A stretch of DNA of 63,311 nucleotides. It comes from a virus (Duplodnaviria > Caudoviricetes). The stretch lies in IMG/VR virus record IMGVR_UViG_3300017645_000202, positions 1 to 63,311 of that record; one strand, given 5' to 3'. The notes beneath the pieces are model-generated. The model was given only the letters and a program-made list of their open reading frames with translations. It searched no databases and was not told the DNA's origin. The position numbers were made by a program, and so were the translations under genes. This document shows, piece by piece, positions 53,968 to 63,311 of this stretch (positions are counted from its first letter, which is position 1; each line of letters starts with the position of its first letter).

Positions 53968-54383
53968 TGCTCGAGCTCAAGCGACGGCCGGACTGGCCAG
54001 AACGGCTGATGTCGACGGTGGAGCACCACCGCAACGCGGCGTTCGAATGGGGTGCCTTTGACTGCGCGACGCTGTTTGCCGACGCGGTTGCAGCGCTTAC
54101 GGACGTGGATCCGCTGGCCAGGTACAGGCCGTGGAAAAACGAGCGTTCGGCCCGCATGAAAATGATCCGCGCTGGCTTCAAGACGATGCAGACCTTCACG
54201 CGCGCGAACTTTCCGGAGATCAACCCGGCGCAGGTGCAACGTGGCGACATCGGGTTTGCGCACGAGGCAGGCAATCTTTCGTGCCCAGCCGTCGTCGTCG
54301 GTGCCCATGCGGTGTCCCGTGATGAACAGGGGTGGATCGTCATCCCGACGTCTCTGCTGACGCTGGCCTTCAAGGTAGGCTGA
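53967..54383 (+). CDS. NlpC/P60-like tail protein (DUF6950-like)
   Basis: DWPERL, FEWGAFDCATLFADAV.ALT. Confidence 0.8.
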   Translation: MLELKRRPDWPERLMSTVEHHRNAAFEWGAFDCATLFADAVAALTDVDPLARYRPWKNERSARMKMIRAGFKTMQTFTRANFPEINPAQVQRGDIGFAHEAGNLSCPAVVVGAHAVSRDEQGWIVIPTSLLTLAFKVG

Positions 54384-54390
54384 CCAATCC

Positions 54391-56958
54391 ATGGCTTTTG
54401 TTGCGCCCTTATTGGGTGCCGTCCTTGGCGGCATCACGGCGACGGCTGTCGGGCAGGCTGTCCTCGGCATTGGCTTGACGGTGGCTGCAAACTATCTCAC
54501 GCGCCGCAAGCAGCCTGAAAGCTCATCGGCGGCGCGCGGCATGTCGCTCTCCCTTCGGGTGGAGAGCAACGAGTTCCGTGAAGTCATTCTCGGAAAGGCC
54601 GCTTCCGCCGGGTCGCTCAAGTACCACAACACCTACGGGCCCAACGGGAACGACTACCTACAGCTGCTCTACGTCTTGGCCGACCACGAATGTGACGGTC
54701 TCGACGGCATTCTTGTCGACGGTCAGCCGGTCACACGCTCCGGCAACACGGTCAACGAATATGCCGGGCACATGTGGGTGAGCTTTTTCTCCGGCGCGTG
54801 GGATCAGCCGGCCGCCGCCGAGCTCGTTGCAGAGAATGCCAACTGGAGCAGCAACAATCGCGGTCGCGGCGTATGCTACGCCGTCGTCACGCTGAAATTC
54901 GACGCGACTCGGTTTCCCAACGGGATCCCATCGTTCTTGTTCGTGGTGCGCGGGGCAAAGCTCTACGACTGGCGCAAGGATTCCACCAACGGCGGCTTGG
55001 GCTCTCAGCGCTGGGGGCAGCCGAGCACCTACGAGTGGAGCGATAATCCGACCGTCTGCCTCTACAATTGGAAGCGCGGCATCTACGTCAACGACGATCG
55101 CCTTGCCGGCATGAACGCGCCGGCGTCGTCACTGCCGCTTTCCGAATGGACCGCGGCCGCCAACGCCTGCGACGAACTCGTTGCGCGCAAAGACGGTGGT
55201 TTCGAGAAGCGTTACCGCATGGGCGGCGTGATCCCAGTCGATACGCAGAACTCTGTGGTCGTCACCGAGAACCTAGCGAGCAAGGCCGGTGAGCTGGTTG
55301 ACAGCGGCGGCGTGTTCAAGCCGCTCGCTGGCGTGGCGCAGGCTTCGGTGATGACGATCACTGATGACGATCTGATGGCCGGCGAGCCGGTCGAGATCAC
55401 GCCTAAGCTTTCGCGCGGCAGCTTGATCAATGCGGTCTTCGGAACGATTCAAGACCCGGAGCAAGCCTATCAGGCTACAGCGCTGCCGCCGCGCATTTCG
55501 CCATCGGACGAAGCGGCGGACGGCGGCATCCGGCTCGAAGATCACTTCAACTTCGCCTTTGTCCAGTTCCCCACGCAGGGGCAGCGCATCCTGGAGATTT
55601 TGCGCCGCAAGGGCCGGTTCCAGAGGCAAGTATCGGTTCCCCTACGCTCGCGCTTCGCGGTTCTTGAAGCCGGAGACTGGATCACCTGGAAATCGGACCG
55701 TTACCGGTACTCCGGAGCGCGGTTCGAGGTGATGAATGTCGGCTTGAACCGCGATCTGACTGTTTTGCTCACGCTGCGGGAGATCGACGAGTCCATCTTC
55801 GCGTGGTCCCCGGCAACGGACGAACTCGATCCTGACAATCCGATGCCAGTTGCCGCCGGAGGGTCCACATTCAGTACGGTTCTGGGCGTACAGCTCTCTA
55901 CGGTCGAGATAGCGGCGACGGAAACCGTCAGGCGCCCTGGCCTGCGAATCACTTGGACGCCAATCGACGACGGCACGGTAGTCAGCCTCGAGCTGGAATA
56001 CCGCAAGGTCGGCGATACGCATTCCTTGGCTCGCAGCATCCTCGACCTCTCGGCGAGCGAATACACTTGGCTCGACGGCGTGCAGGGCGGTGTGCAATAC
56101 GAGGCGCGTCTGCGGCCCTCGGTGCAGCCCGACCGAGCAGTCAACTGGACCGGCTGGCATCAGACAGCGGAAAACACCGGCGCGCAGGTAGTTGATGCGG
56201 CGGCGCTCGCCGAGGCCGTGCCGACCGACACGATCACGCCCGAAATGCTCTCGGCGCAAACCCGCTTCGAACTCTCGTTGGCGACCGCGAAATCGGAGAT
56301 CCAGGGGTCCGTTGCTGCGCAGATCGCCGAGGCCTTCGAGTGGGCCCAGAAGACCGGCGAGGCGGCGCTGCAGGCGCTGGCCAATGGCCACGAGAACGGT
56401 GCGCAGCTGCTCACCGAGCGGGTGGAGCGCGTTAATGGGCAGAACGCGCTCGCCCAGCAGATCACGCAGGCGATGACGTGGATCGACGACAATGCGCTGG
56501 TCGTTTCGGAGGTGATCGAGAGCGTCGACGGCATCAAGGGGCGCTGGGGCGTCTCGATCAATGCCAATGGGGTTGCCACCGGGTTCGCAACGCTTTCGGG
56601 CGAGGGCCCGACGACCGATTTCGTGGTGGCGGCGAACAGCTTCACCTATGCCGATCCCGATATCGCCGGAGGCGAGCCGCAGCCGGTGTTCATCATCTCC
56701 GAAGACCCTTTGAACCCGGGCCAGCACCGCGCCTATCTCAACGGCGAGTTGATCGCGGAGGCCATCCGGGCGGGGAAGGTGAGTGTGGGCGAACTGTCGG
56801 CGATCTCGGCGAATGCCGGAGAGCTCGTCTCGGCGTTGATGCGCGATCCCAACAATATCGTGCGCTGGGAAGTGAACGACGAGATCCAGAAGATCTGGCG
56901 AACGGACGGCACGATGACGTTCGATTTCGGCAACAAAATAGTCAGGATGGAGTTTTGA
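54391..56958 (+). CDS. Central tail tip / host-specificity protein (gpJ-like)
   Basis: VRGAKLYDWR, WSDNP, AANACDE, FN3-like region, coiled coil. Confidence 0.88.
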   Translation: MAFVAPLLGAVLGGITATAVGQAVLGIGLTVAANYLTRRKQPESSSAARGMSLSLRVESNEFREVILGKAASAGSLKYHNTYGPNGNDYLQLLYVLADHECDGLDGILVDGQPVTRSGNTVNEYAGHMWVSFFSGAWDQPAAAELVAENANWSSNNRGRGVCYAVVTLKFDATRFPNGIPSFLFVVRGAKLYDWRKDSTNGGLGSQRWGQPSTYEWSDNPTVCLYNWKRGIYVNDDRLAGMNAPASSLPLSEWTAAANACDELVARKDGGFEKRYRMGGVIPVDTQNSVVVTENLASKAGELVDSGGVFKPLAGVAQASVMTITDDDLMAGEPVEITPKLSRGSLINAVFGTIQDPEQAYQATALPPRISPSDEAADGGIRLEDHFNFAFVQFPTQGQRILEILRRKGRFQRQVSVPLRSRFAVLEAGDWITWKSDRYRYSGARFEVMNVGLNRDLTVLLTLREIDESIFAWSPATDELDPDNPMPVAAGGSTFSTVLGVQLSTVEIAATETVRRPGLRITWTPIDDGTVVSLELEYRKVGDTHSLARSILDLSASEYTWLDGVQGGVQYEARLRPSVQPDRAVNWTGWHQTAENTGAQVVDAAALAEAVPTDTITPEMLSAQTRFELSLATAKSEIQGSVAAQIAEAFEWAQKTGEAALQALANGHENGAQLLTERVERVNGQNALAQQITQAMTWIDDNALVVSEVIESVDGIKGRWGVSINANGVATGFATLSGEGPTTDFVVAANSFTYADPDIAGGEPQPVFIISEDPLNPGQHRAYLNGELIAEAIRAGKVSVGELSAISANAGELVSALMRDPNNIVRWEVNDEIQKIWRTDGTMTFDFGNKIVRMEF

Positions 56959-57431
56959 TGTCCGGTGTGCTGCAGGTGAAAGATGGTGTCTGCGCCATCT
57001 GGACCGGTGCGACAGACGATCTCCCATTCACCCAGCCTCTCAATCACCTCGGGCGTGTCAAGTTTCACTCGGCGCTACCGTACACGAAGATCATTGACGT
57101 TCGTCCGATCACCCTCAATCTCCCAGGTGTCTCCGGTACGGCGCTTAGAACTGCGAGTTATGCGCTGTTCGCCCATGGGCGTCCCGGGCAGCCGTGGATC
57201 CTCGGCAAACTGACAGTGAAGGGGTACGAGGTGGCCTTTACCGGCAGCGTGCCTGTGCAGCAGGTTTCGGGGACGCCATATGCGCGCTTTCTCGCGCTCG
57301 GAGCTGACGCGACGTACGTTTACATCCACGAATATTGCCCGATGCAGGGCAGCGCGCAGGGTAACAACTGGACGTCGCTGCCCGCCCTCAGCGTGCCGAT
57401 GACGGTTTATGTCACTGACGAGCTACTCTAA
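56958..57431 (+). CDS. Minor tail protein
   Basis: TGATG coupling; RVKFHSALPY. Confidence 0.7.
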   Translation: MSGVLQVKDGVCAIWTGATDDLPFTQPLNHLGRVKFHSALPYTKIIDVRPITLNLPGVSGTALRTASYALFAHGRPGQPWILGKLTVKGYEVAFTGSVPVQQVSGTPYARFLALGADATYVYIHEYCPMQGSAQGNNWTSLPALSVPMTVYVTDELL

Positions 57432-57685
57432 TGACGACAGCCTTTGAAATTACCCCCGGATACATGCGGATGGCTGGCGGGCTGTTCGACACTCGCAACC
57501 GCTATATTCGCAAGGTGTCGGGTGGCGCTACGATGTCCATCGTCAACGGCGCCTCGATGGCGGCTGCGTTCGTATCCGGGAATCCGGGGCAGGTTCACTG
57601 GAGATGGCAAGTCGGTGGCGCGACGTTTACCGGCGGCGGCAGCCCGCCGGGGACGCCTAGCGCTCAAACACTCATCGCGCTCTGA
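57431..57685 (+). CDS. Minor tail protein
   Basis: TAATG coupling. Confidence 0.65.
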   Translation: MTTAFEITPGYMRMAGGLFDTRNRYIRKVSGGATMSIVNGASMAAAFVSGNPGQVHWRWQVGGATFTGGGSPPGTPSAQTLIAL

Positions 57686-58179
57686 TGCTGCTGATCGCTG
57701 ACGGGCGGCTGCGCATCAGCGGCGCGGATGGCGGTACGCGCTTCGATAGCGACGAGGGCCTCTTTCACCCGATCTCGTCCGTGCAGGGTGCGCTCAGCAT
57801 GGGACAGTACACCACTGGAAACGGCGTATCGATCAACGTGGCCGATAGCTTTTTTCTCGGTAATTGCCACGCAGCCTGCACGCACGTCATTGGCGCGATG
57901 AAGTTCACCCTCAACAACTACGCCGCCGGCATGGCATTCGATCGCTGGCATACGATCATGGGCGGCTCGGCGCTCTGGGTTCTCGACGGAGAAGCGGGAT
58001 TTCAATCTGTTGTCGGGTCGAACCAGTCCGACATCATTCAGTTCGTCGCCTATTCGTTCCGAGTGACATCAGGTCAAGTGTACATGGACCGACGCGTGGC
58101 CATGGGCGGAACGCCAGCCATTTACGCCGTTCTGCCGCACCAGATCCAATACAAGCTCAAGGCTGGGTATTTCACCTAA
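57685..58179 (+). CDS. Minor tail protein
   Basis: TGATG coupling; beta-rich. Confidence 0.7.
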   Translation: MLLIADGRLRISGADGGTRFDSDEGLFHPISSVQGALSMGQYTTGNGVSINVADSFFLGNCHAACTHVIGAMKFTLNNYAAGMAFDRWHTIMGGSALWVLDGEAGFQSVVGSNQSDIIQFVAYSFRVTSGQVYMDRRVAMGGTPAIYAVLPHQIQYKLKAGYFT

Positions 58180-58266
58180 GCCGCCGCGTCCCGTGGCGCG
58201 GCCCACCACTTGCTCGGCCCGTGCCGAGCATTGCCTCTTTCCATCCGTGTCATCTAGGAATCCAAC

Positions 58267-60141
58267 ATGGCCATCTGGTATCGGCAGGGCGCCGCTTCGG
58301 TCGAGAACGGCGCGACATCCGTCACCGGCACGCTCACGGGCTGGCTCAACCAGGTGAAGCCGGGCGACGGCATCACCTTCGACGACGGATGCTCGTGGTA
58401 CGAGATTGCCGCCGAGCCCGTCAGCAACACCGCGTTGGTGCTGGCGACGCCGTATGCAGGCGAGACCGTCTCCGGCGCCGCCTACGCCATCGACCGGCGG
58501 AGCCCACAGTGGTCGCTCGCTTCCGATCTTGCGGTGAAGGTCGCGGCGCTGCTGGGTAAAATCACCACGCTGCTGCTCACCAACGGCAAGCCGAACGATG
58601 GCATCGGCAACGACGGTGCCATCGCATTCGATTCCGGCGCGCAGCTGTTCTATTTCAAGTCCGGCGGCGAATGGGACGAAGGGACGAGCCTCAAGGGTGA
58701 CGGCGGTTGGTCACCCGTATTCGCGCTGGCCAGTGACGGCGAGCGCCGCGTGTTGCAGGTTGTCGATTGGGTGGGCGGTGAAAGTGAAAAGCCGCCTGTC
58801 GATCTCTACGTCGGGGTCAGCGGCCTGACAGAAACCATCGGTGAGGCGGCGGACGTCCGTGGGGCGCAAGGCGTGTCGGGCGATGACGGCAGCGATGGCG
58901 CAGACGGAAACGACGGATGGTCTCCCATCCTCGCCGCCATTGCCGATAGTGATCGGCGCGTCTTCCGGGTGGTTGATTGGGTTGGCGGTGAAGGAACGAA
59001 GCCCGCCGCCGGCAAATATCTCGGGCCCTCCGGTCTTGTCGATGCGGTTGGCGATGGTACGGACGTGCGCGGCCCTGCGGGCTCTGGCGCGGGCGATGTC
59101 GTAGGCCCTGGTGCAACGGTAATCGCAGGCGAGATCGCGGTATTCAGCGACACGACGGGAGAGGCGATCGAGGGCGCTGGCGTAACGATTGGCGCCATAG
59201 GTGCCGCCATCGCTGGCAAGATGGATACGATCACCGAGGCGCTCGCGCTGCCGGAAGTCGAGGACGACCCGGAGACGCCGAGCGCGGGCACGAAGCTGCT
59301 CTATGCCAAGGACGACGGCAAGGTTTACACGAAGAACAGTGCTGGCGCCGTCGTAGAGGTTGGCGCGGGAGCCGCCGGCGGCCGTGAAGTGCTGACAGCG
59401 AACCGCACCTACTACGTGCGAACAGACGGCAGCGATAGCAACAACGGCCTGTCGAACACGTCTGGCGGCGCGTTCCTCACGATCCAGAAGGCGATCGACA
59501 CTGTGGCCGGGCTGGATCTCGGCATCTACACCGTCACGATTTCAGTCGGTGCCGGCACCTTCACGGGTGCCAATATACTTAAGAAACTGACGGGCGCGGG
59601 ATCAGCCGCCATTAAAGGCGCCGGCGCAACAACTATCGTATCGGTGTCGAGCGGGAACTGCTTTTATGCCAACGGCGGCGTTCTAAATTGGTTGCTAGAA
59701 GATATGAAGATGGCAGCCCCAGCAGGCTCGGCTATCGTCGCGGACAACTTCTCCTATATCACCTTCGCCAATGTCGAATTTGGCGCCGTCAGTTCCAGCG
59801 GGCGGCACCTTTACGCAACAGGCGGCGCGAAGATTGAAGCGACAGGCAACTATACGATCAGCGGCGGGGGGCAGATCCACGCCCTAGCCACATGGACTGG
59901 GCAAGTCGCAGTCGTCGGCCGGGCTGTCACCCTAAGCGGCACGCCAGTATTTCCGACGGCGTTTGTCTACGCCTCCCGCCTTGGGAAGATCGAAGCGAAC
60001 GGAATTACCTTTTCCGGATCGGCGACAGGGCCGCGCTACCTTTCGGATAACAACTCGATCGTCTTCACGAACGGCGGTGGAGCAAACTACTTCCCCGGCA
60101 ACGCGGCTGGTTCCGTGACATCGGGAGGCATCTACTCATGA
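58267..60141 (+). CDS. Tail fibre / tailspike
   Basis: WYRQG..SV.NG...VTGT.T.W anchor; duplicated GWSP...DWVGG repeat; YYVRTDGSDSNNGL...FLTIQKA followed by a beta-helix-like region. Confidence 0.88.
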   Translation: MAIWYRQGAASVENGATSVTGTLTGWLNQVKPGDGITFDDGCSWYEIAAEPVSNTALVLATPYAGETVSGAAYAIDRRSPQWSLASDLAVKVAALLGKITTLLLTNGKPNDGIGNDGAIAFDSGAQLFYFKSGGEWDEGTSLKGDGGWSPVFALASDGERRVLQVVDWVGGESEKPPVDLYVGVSGLTETIGEAADVRGAQGVSGDDGSDGADGNDGWSPILAAIADSDRRVFRVVDWVGGEGTKPAAGKYLGPSGLVDAVGDGTDVRGPAGSGAGDVVGPGATVIAGEIAVFSDTTGEAIEGAGVTIGAIGAAIAGKMDTITEALALPEVEDDPETPSAGTKLLYAKDDGKVYTKNSAGAVVEVGAGAAGGREVLTANRTYYVRTDGSDSNNGLSNTSGGAFLTIQKAIDTVAGLDLGIYTVTISVGAGTFTGANILKKLTGAGSAAIKGAGATTIVSVSSGNCFYANGGVLNWLLEDMKMAAPAGSAIVADNFSYITFANVEFGAVSSSGRHLYATGGAKIEATGNYTISGGGQIHALATWTGQVAVVGRAVTLSGTPVFPTAFVYASRLGKIEANGITFSGSATGPRYLSDNNSIVFTNGGGANYFPGNAAGSVTSGGIYS

Positions 60142-60590
60142 TCTTGTTCGATCCTCGCGACTGGTTCTGGATTGTCGGCGCAGACGAGAGCAGAGCGTGG
60201 TCGAGTGCGGCGGGGCAGTACGTCACTGAATACCCCGGCGACTGCACAACGCGCATCGGAACTGAGGAAGAGCTCGCGGACGTCCTGCGCCCATACGGTC
60301 TGCCGCTCCCGCTCTATGTTCTCGACGACTATCGCAAGACCGCGCAAGCCCATATCGATGCTGTAGCTGGCACGCGCAATTACGATAGCGGCGCCTCCAT
60401 GGCCGGCTATGTAAATTCTTCGGTGCCGTCGTGGGCAGCTGAAGCCGCGGCTTTCGTCGCGTGGCGTGATGCAGTGTGGGTCTACCTCTTCGCACAGATT
60501 GAAGCGGTGCTAGAGGGCCAGCGCAGCCAGCCGACGCCGGCGGGGCTCGTGGCCGAAATACCCGCGATCGAATGGCCGGTCATCGATTAG
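60138..60590 (+). CDS. Tail fibre assembly-like protein
   Basis: HIDAVA..RNYD...Y..S..P.W.AEA..FVAWRD.VW...P.IEWP. Confidence 0.75.
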   Translation: MILFDPRDWFWIVGADESRAWSSAAGQYVTEYPGDCTTRIGTEEELADVLRPYGLPLPLYVLDDYRKTAQAHIDAVAGTRNYDSGASMAGYVNSSVPSWAAEAAAFVAWRDAVWVYLFAQIEAVLEGQRSQPTPAGLVAEIPAIEWPVID

Positions 60591-60689
60591 CCCGCGCCGG
60601 GCGGAATTCACCAGCTGAACGGATAGAGTTTGCGGCCCACGCCCTGGCGCCGCAAAGATCAGCGCGCGCACATTCAGGGGACGTTCCGC

Positions 60690-60857
60690 ATGCGGGAGCA
60701 CATTGACCCGGTTGTTGACGGAAGGCCGACACCGCCGCCCTGGCTGCTGAAAGTCTGCAGACCGCTTCTCAGGGTGCTGGTCTTCGGCAGTCTGTTCGTC
60801 CTGCTCTTTGCGTGGCTGGCCGCGCAGCGGCTTAAGCGTCGCGCTTTCGGGGGCTGA
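60690..60857 (+). CDS. Small membrane protein
   Basis: AGGGG RBS; one TM segment. Confidence 0.45.
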   Translation: MREHIDPVVDGRPTPPPWLLKVCRPLLRVLVFGSLFVLLFAWLAAQRLKRRAFGG

Positions 60858-60875
60858 CCAGCCGCCCTTTCTGCC

Positions 60876-60897
60876 GCCGCCTCCGGGCGGCTTTTTT
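60876..60897 (+). terminator. Rho-independent terminator before the lysis cassette
   Basis: GCCGCC-TCCG-GGCGGC-TTTTTT. Confidence 0.75.
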
Positions 60898-60923
60898 GAT
60901 TCCAGAACATCAACGGGGGAGCC

Positions 60924-62090
60924 ATGACCTACAGCGTCATGAACGACCGGCTGCTGCAAGGCGGCCGGGCGGTGCCGTTCGTGCCGACGCCCAACCAGGG
61001 CGGACGCATCGAGCCGGCATTGATCGTGGTGCACTTCACAGCCGACCACCTCGATCCGGAGGATTCGGTGCGCTGGTTCGCGCAGGAGAAATCGAAGGTC
61101 TCGGCGCACCTTATCATCGGCCGTGACGGTTCCATCACGCAGATGGTCGACCTCGACCGGCGCGCATGGCATTGCGACCCGAGTTCCTGGAACGGGAAAC
61201 CCAGCGTCAACGGTTTCTCGATCGGCATCGAGATGGACAACCCCGGCAAGCTCACGCTTCGCGGCAACGATGGCGTCGCCTGGTTCGGCACCAGATTCGA
61301 CCGCGCAGAATACGGCCTCGTCGAGCACCGCAGCGACAAGTACGGCCACGGCCTGTGGATGCCTTACACGTCGGAGCAGATGGAGGCCCTGCGCGGCGTC
61401 ATCGTCGCGCTGCTCGAGGCGTACCCCTCGATCGTCGACATCTGCGGCCACGACGAGATCTGCGTGCCCGCCAAGCGCAAGGACGATCCCGGGCCGCTGA
61501 TGGATATGGACGCCTTGCGCGCCATGCTCGGCAACCGCAGGCCGCAAAGCGCCGGCTCGGTCACCGACGCGCAGGAGGCGCTGGCGCAGCTCGGATACGC
61601 ACCGGGCGACGTCGACGGCCTGATGGGCCCGCGCACGCGCGCCGCCATCCGTGCCTTCCAGGAGCAGAACGGGCTGCACGTCACCGGTGCGCTTGATGGC
61701 ATCACTGGCCAGCGGCTCTTCAGCGAGACCGCCAAGCCGATGCCGACGGGGACGCGAGAGGATCAGCCCGTCGCGCAAGCGCCGGGAACATGGGTCGTCA
61801 AGCGCGGCGCCGAGGGGACGGCGTCAACGACACTGATCGAGGCGGCGGCGAACTACGCCGACCCGCTGCAGGCAATCGACGGCGCCGACAAGGCCATCGC
61901 GCACGCCGAGAAGGGGCGCGCCGTGGTGGAGCGCTCCACCGGCATCCTCGACTGGCTCATCGCCTACCTGCAGACGCCGCAGGGGCTGCGCGTCGGCATC
62001 GTGCTCACGCTCTGCGTGGCCACCTGGATCATCGCCCACCGGACCGATGTGCGCGCGCGGCTGGCGCGGCTCACCGGCCGGCCGGCCTAA
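60924..62090 (+). CDS. Endolysin: N-acetylmuramoyl-L-alanine amidase plus PG-binding domain plus C-terminal TM
   Basis: IVVHFTA, VSAH, RAWH, NGFSIGIE, GHDEI...KDDPG; QEALAQLGY.PG.VDG.MGPRTRAAIRAFQ. Confidence 0.93.
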   Translation: MTYSVMNDRLLQGGRAVPFVPTPNQGGRIEPALIVVHFTADHLDPEDSVRWFAQEKSKVSAHLIIGRDGSITQMVDLDRRAWHCDPSSWNGKPSVNGFSIGIEMDNPGKLTLRGNDGVAWFGTRFDRAEYGLVEHRSDKYGHGLWMPYTSEQMEALRGVIVALLEAYPSIVDICGHDEICVPAKRKDDPGPLMDMDALRAMLGNRRPQSAGSVTDAQEALAQLGYAPGDVDGLMGPRTRAAIRAFQEQNGLHVTGALDGITGQRLFSETAKPMPTGTREDQPVAQAPGTWVVKRGAEGTASTTLIEAAANYADPLQAIDGADKAIAHAEKGRAVVERSTGILDWLIAYLQTPQGLRVGIVLTLCVATWIIAHRTDVRARLARLTGRPA

Positions 62091-62102
62091 CGGAGGCGTC
62101 TC

Positions 62103-62546
62103 ATGATCTTTGTCACCGCAATCAAATGGGCGTGGGCGCTGGTGTTGCCCTGGGTCGGCCCGCTGCTGCCGCCGCTGCTGCGCAACATCCCCGCGCTGGC
62201 CACCCTTCGGCGCTGGGCGCGGCGGGGGTTCATCGCCGCGCTCGTCCTGGCGGCACTCCTCAGTCTCTACGTTGCCATGCGGACGTTGCGAAACCCCGTC
62301 GAGGAGCGTGTCTCCGCCGCCGAGGTCAACGCCAGTCTCTACGCCGAGCGCAACCGGCAGCTCACCCGATCGGTCGCGCAGCTGGAGCGCTCGCTGGCCA
62401 TCCGCGAGCGAGAGAAGGCCGCCGCCGAGAACGAAATCGCCGAACTTCGCGCAACCATGGAGGCATCCCGTGCGCAATCTCCGAATCCCGATGCTGTTGT
62501 GTTTCCCGCTGACGATCCTTGGCTGCGCGCAAAGCAGCGCCGTTAA
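62103..62546 (+). CDS. i-spanin (Rz-like)
   Basis: TM segment plus coiled coil directly after the lysin. Confidence 0.7.
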   Translation: MIFVTAIKWAWALVLPWVGPLLPPLLRNIPALATLRRWARRGFIAALVLAALLSLYVAMRTLRNPVEERVSAAEVNASLYAERNRQLTRSVAQLERSLAIREREKAAAENEIAELRATMEASRAQSPNPDAVVFPADDPWLRAKQRR

Positions 62547-62826
62547 ACCGCCCCCGGCGATCGTGACGCCGGCGAATACGCAGGATCTCGCCGCCGTTCG
62601 TTGTCCGCCCGCCGATCAGCGCGCGGTAGCCGAGTTCAAGCGCACGACGCGGCCGCCCGCGGGCGGGATCACCAAACGCGCGGCGCAGGAGTGGCTCGAC
62701 GCCTACGAGGAGGCAGAGCGGCGCAAGAACCGCGCCGGCCAGCGGCTGCTGTCGGAGTACGAATCCTGCCGGTCGGGCAGCGATGACACCTGGCAGGCCG
62801 TCACGCGGGCGCTGGGGGCGGTCTAG
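62470..62826 (+). CDS. o-spanin (Rz1-like) lipoprotein
   Basis: Overlapping frame; MRNLRIPMLLCFPLTILGC lipobox followed by a Pro-rich segment. Confidence 0.7.
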   Translation: MRNLRIPMLLCFPLTILGCAQSSAVKPPPAIVTPANTQDLAAVRCPPADQRAVAEFKRTTRPPAGGITKRAAQEWLDAYEEAERRKNRAGQRLLSEYESCRSGSDDTWQAVTRALGAV

Positions 62827-62885
62827 GCGGCGACGGTAGGCGTACGGCGTAGGGTGAGGCACTGGCAGAGGGAAAGCCATGCGCG

Positions 62886-63311
62886 ATGGGCCACGGCGAA
62901 ATGAACGGATACCCGAGCTGGCCGCAGTTGGTGGAGGTGATGGACCGCGGTTTCGACCGCATGGATCACCGCCTGACGGTTTCGACGAATCGCATCCACG
63001 ACCGGCTGACCACTTCGGAGGGGGTGCTGCACAAGCGGATCGATGGCGTGCGGGGGGAGGTGATCCGGCTTGGTGCCGCCATCGCGGCGCAGCAGTCGGC
63101 GCTGCCATCCCCGCCGGCGCCGGGACGTCTCGCCAGGGCGAAGGCCTGGGCGGAGCAGATAGCGGCCTTGAGGGAGCTATTGCTGCTGCTGTGTCTGGCT
63201 ATCGCCGGTCTAACGGCGGTGGTGCAGGCCCCGGAGATCAAATCGGGGCTGCGGGAGGCGGCGGCGCTGCTGGCGTCCCACCGGAGCCTGCATTTGAAAA
63301 CGTCCGACTGA
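62886..63311 (+). CDS. Holin-like membrane protein
   Basis: Coiled coil plus TM LLLLLCLAIAGLTAVV; lysis context. Confidence 0.5.
   Translation: MGHGEMNGYPSWPQLVEVMDRGFDRMDHRLTVSTNRIHDRLTTSEGVLHKRIDGVRGEVIRLGAAIAAQQSALPSPPAPGRLARAKAWAEQIAALRELLLLLCLAIAGLTAVVQAPEIKSGLREAAALLASHRSLHLKTSD

Larger units (their letters stand above)
651..63311. mobile_element. Temperate siphovirus-type prophage with serine integrase; right end lies beyond the window
   Basis: Complete ordered modules: integration, immunity, replication, packaging, head, non-contractile tail, lysis. Confidence 0.95.

Noticed and set aside
58267-60141. Diversity-generating retroelement or invertible tail-fibre cassette
   Set aside because: No reverse transcriptase or invertase was recognised and no TR/VR pair differing at adenines was seen; the repeat is a diverged protein duplication.
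62826-63311. Right attachment site
   Set aside because: No copy of the 651-674 arms was seen; the window ends at the stop codon of the last lysis-region ORF.

Overview
Nearly the whole window (about 651-63311) is one integrated temperate siphovirus-type prophage, probably of an alphaproteobacterium (GAAC-N7-GAAC LexA box, GapR-like gene, alpha-type Cro). The left junction lies in the 3' end of a large serine integrase, next to a host YbaN/DUF454 gene. The right junction is not in the window, which ends in the lysis cassette. Gene order: integrase; leftward early operon (DUF5131, CapW/BrxR-like wHTH, two MazG-like proteins, ProQ/FinO-domain protein); cI/cro switch; rightward operon (VRR-NUC, replication initiator with six iterons, three DNA methyltransferases, GapR, DnaA domain IV, ASCH-like, HerA-like ATPase, dCMP deaminase, thermonuclease); moron region (HicAB, SRAP, ATP-dependent ligase, YfbU, a second TA pair); then HNH, cos, terminases, head (with a glycosyltransferase before a displaced portal), tail and lysis genes. 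The strongest unexplained signal is a family of four dispersed GC-rich multi-hairpin elements (E1 11574-11711, E2 13621-13694, E3 14390-14513, E4 16289-16360). They have conserved triloops and compensatory stem changes, and E1 carries exact complements of segments of E3 and E4 and a near-exact complement of E2. With the phage-encoded ProQ/FinO protein, this suggests an undescribed RNA-based control system or a cassette-shuffling system. All family calls come from recognising motifs by eye, and all structures were paired by hand. No searches or folding programs were run.
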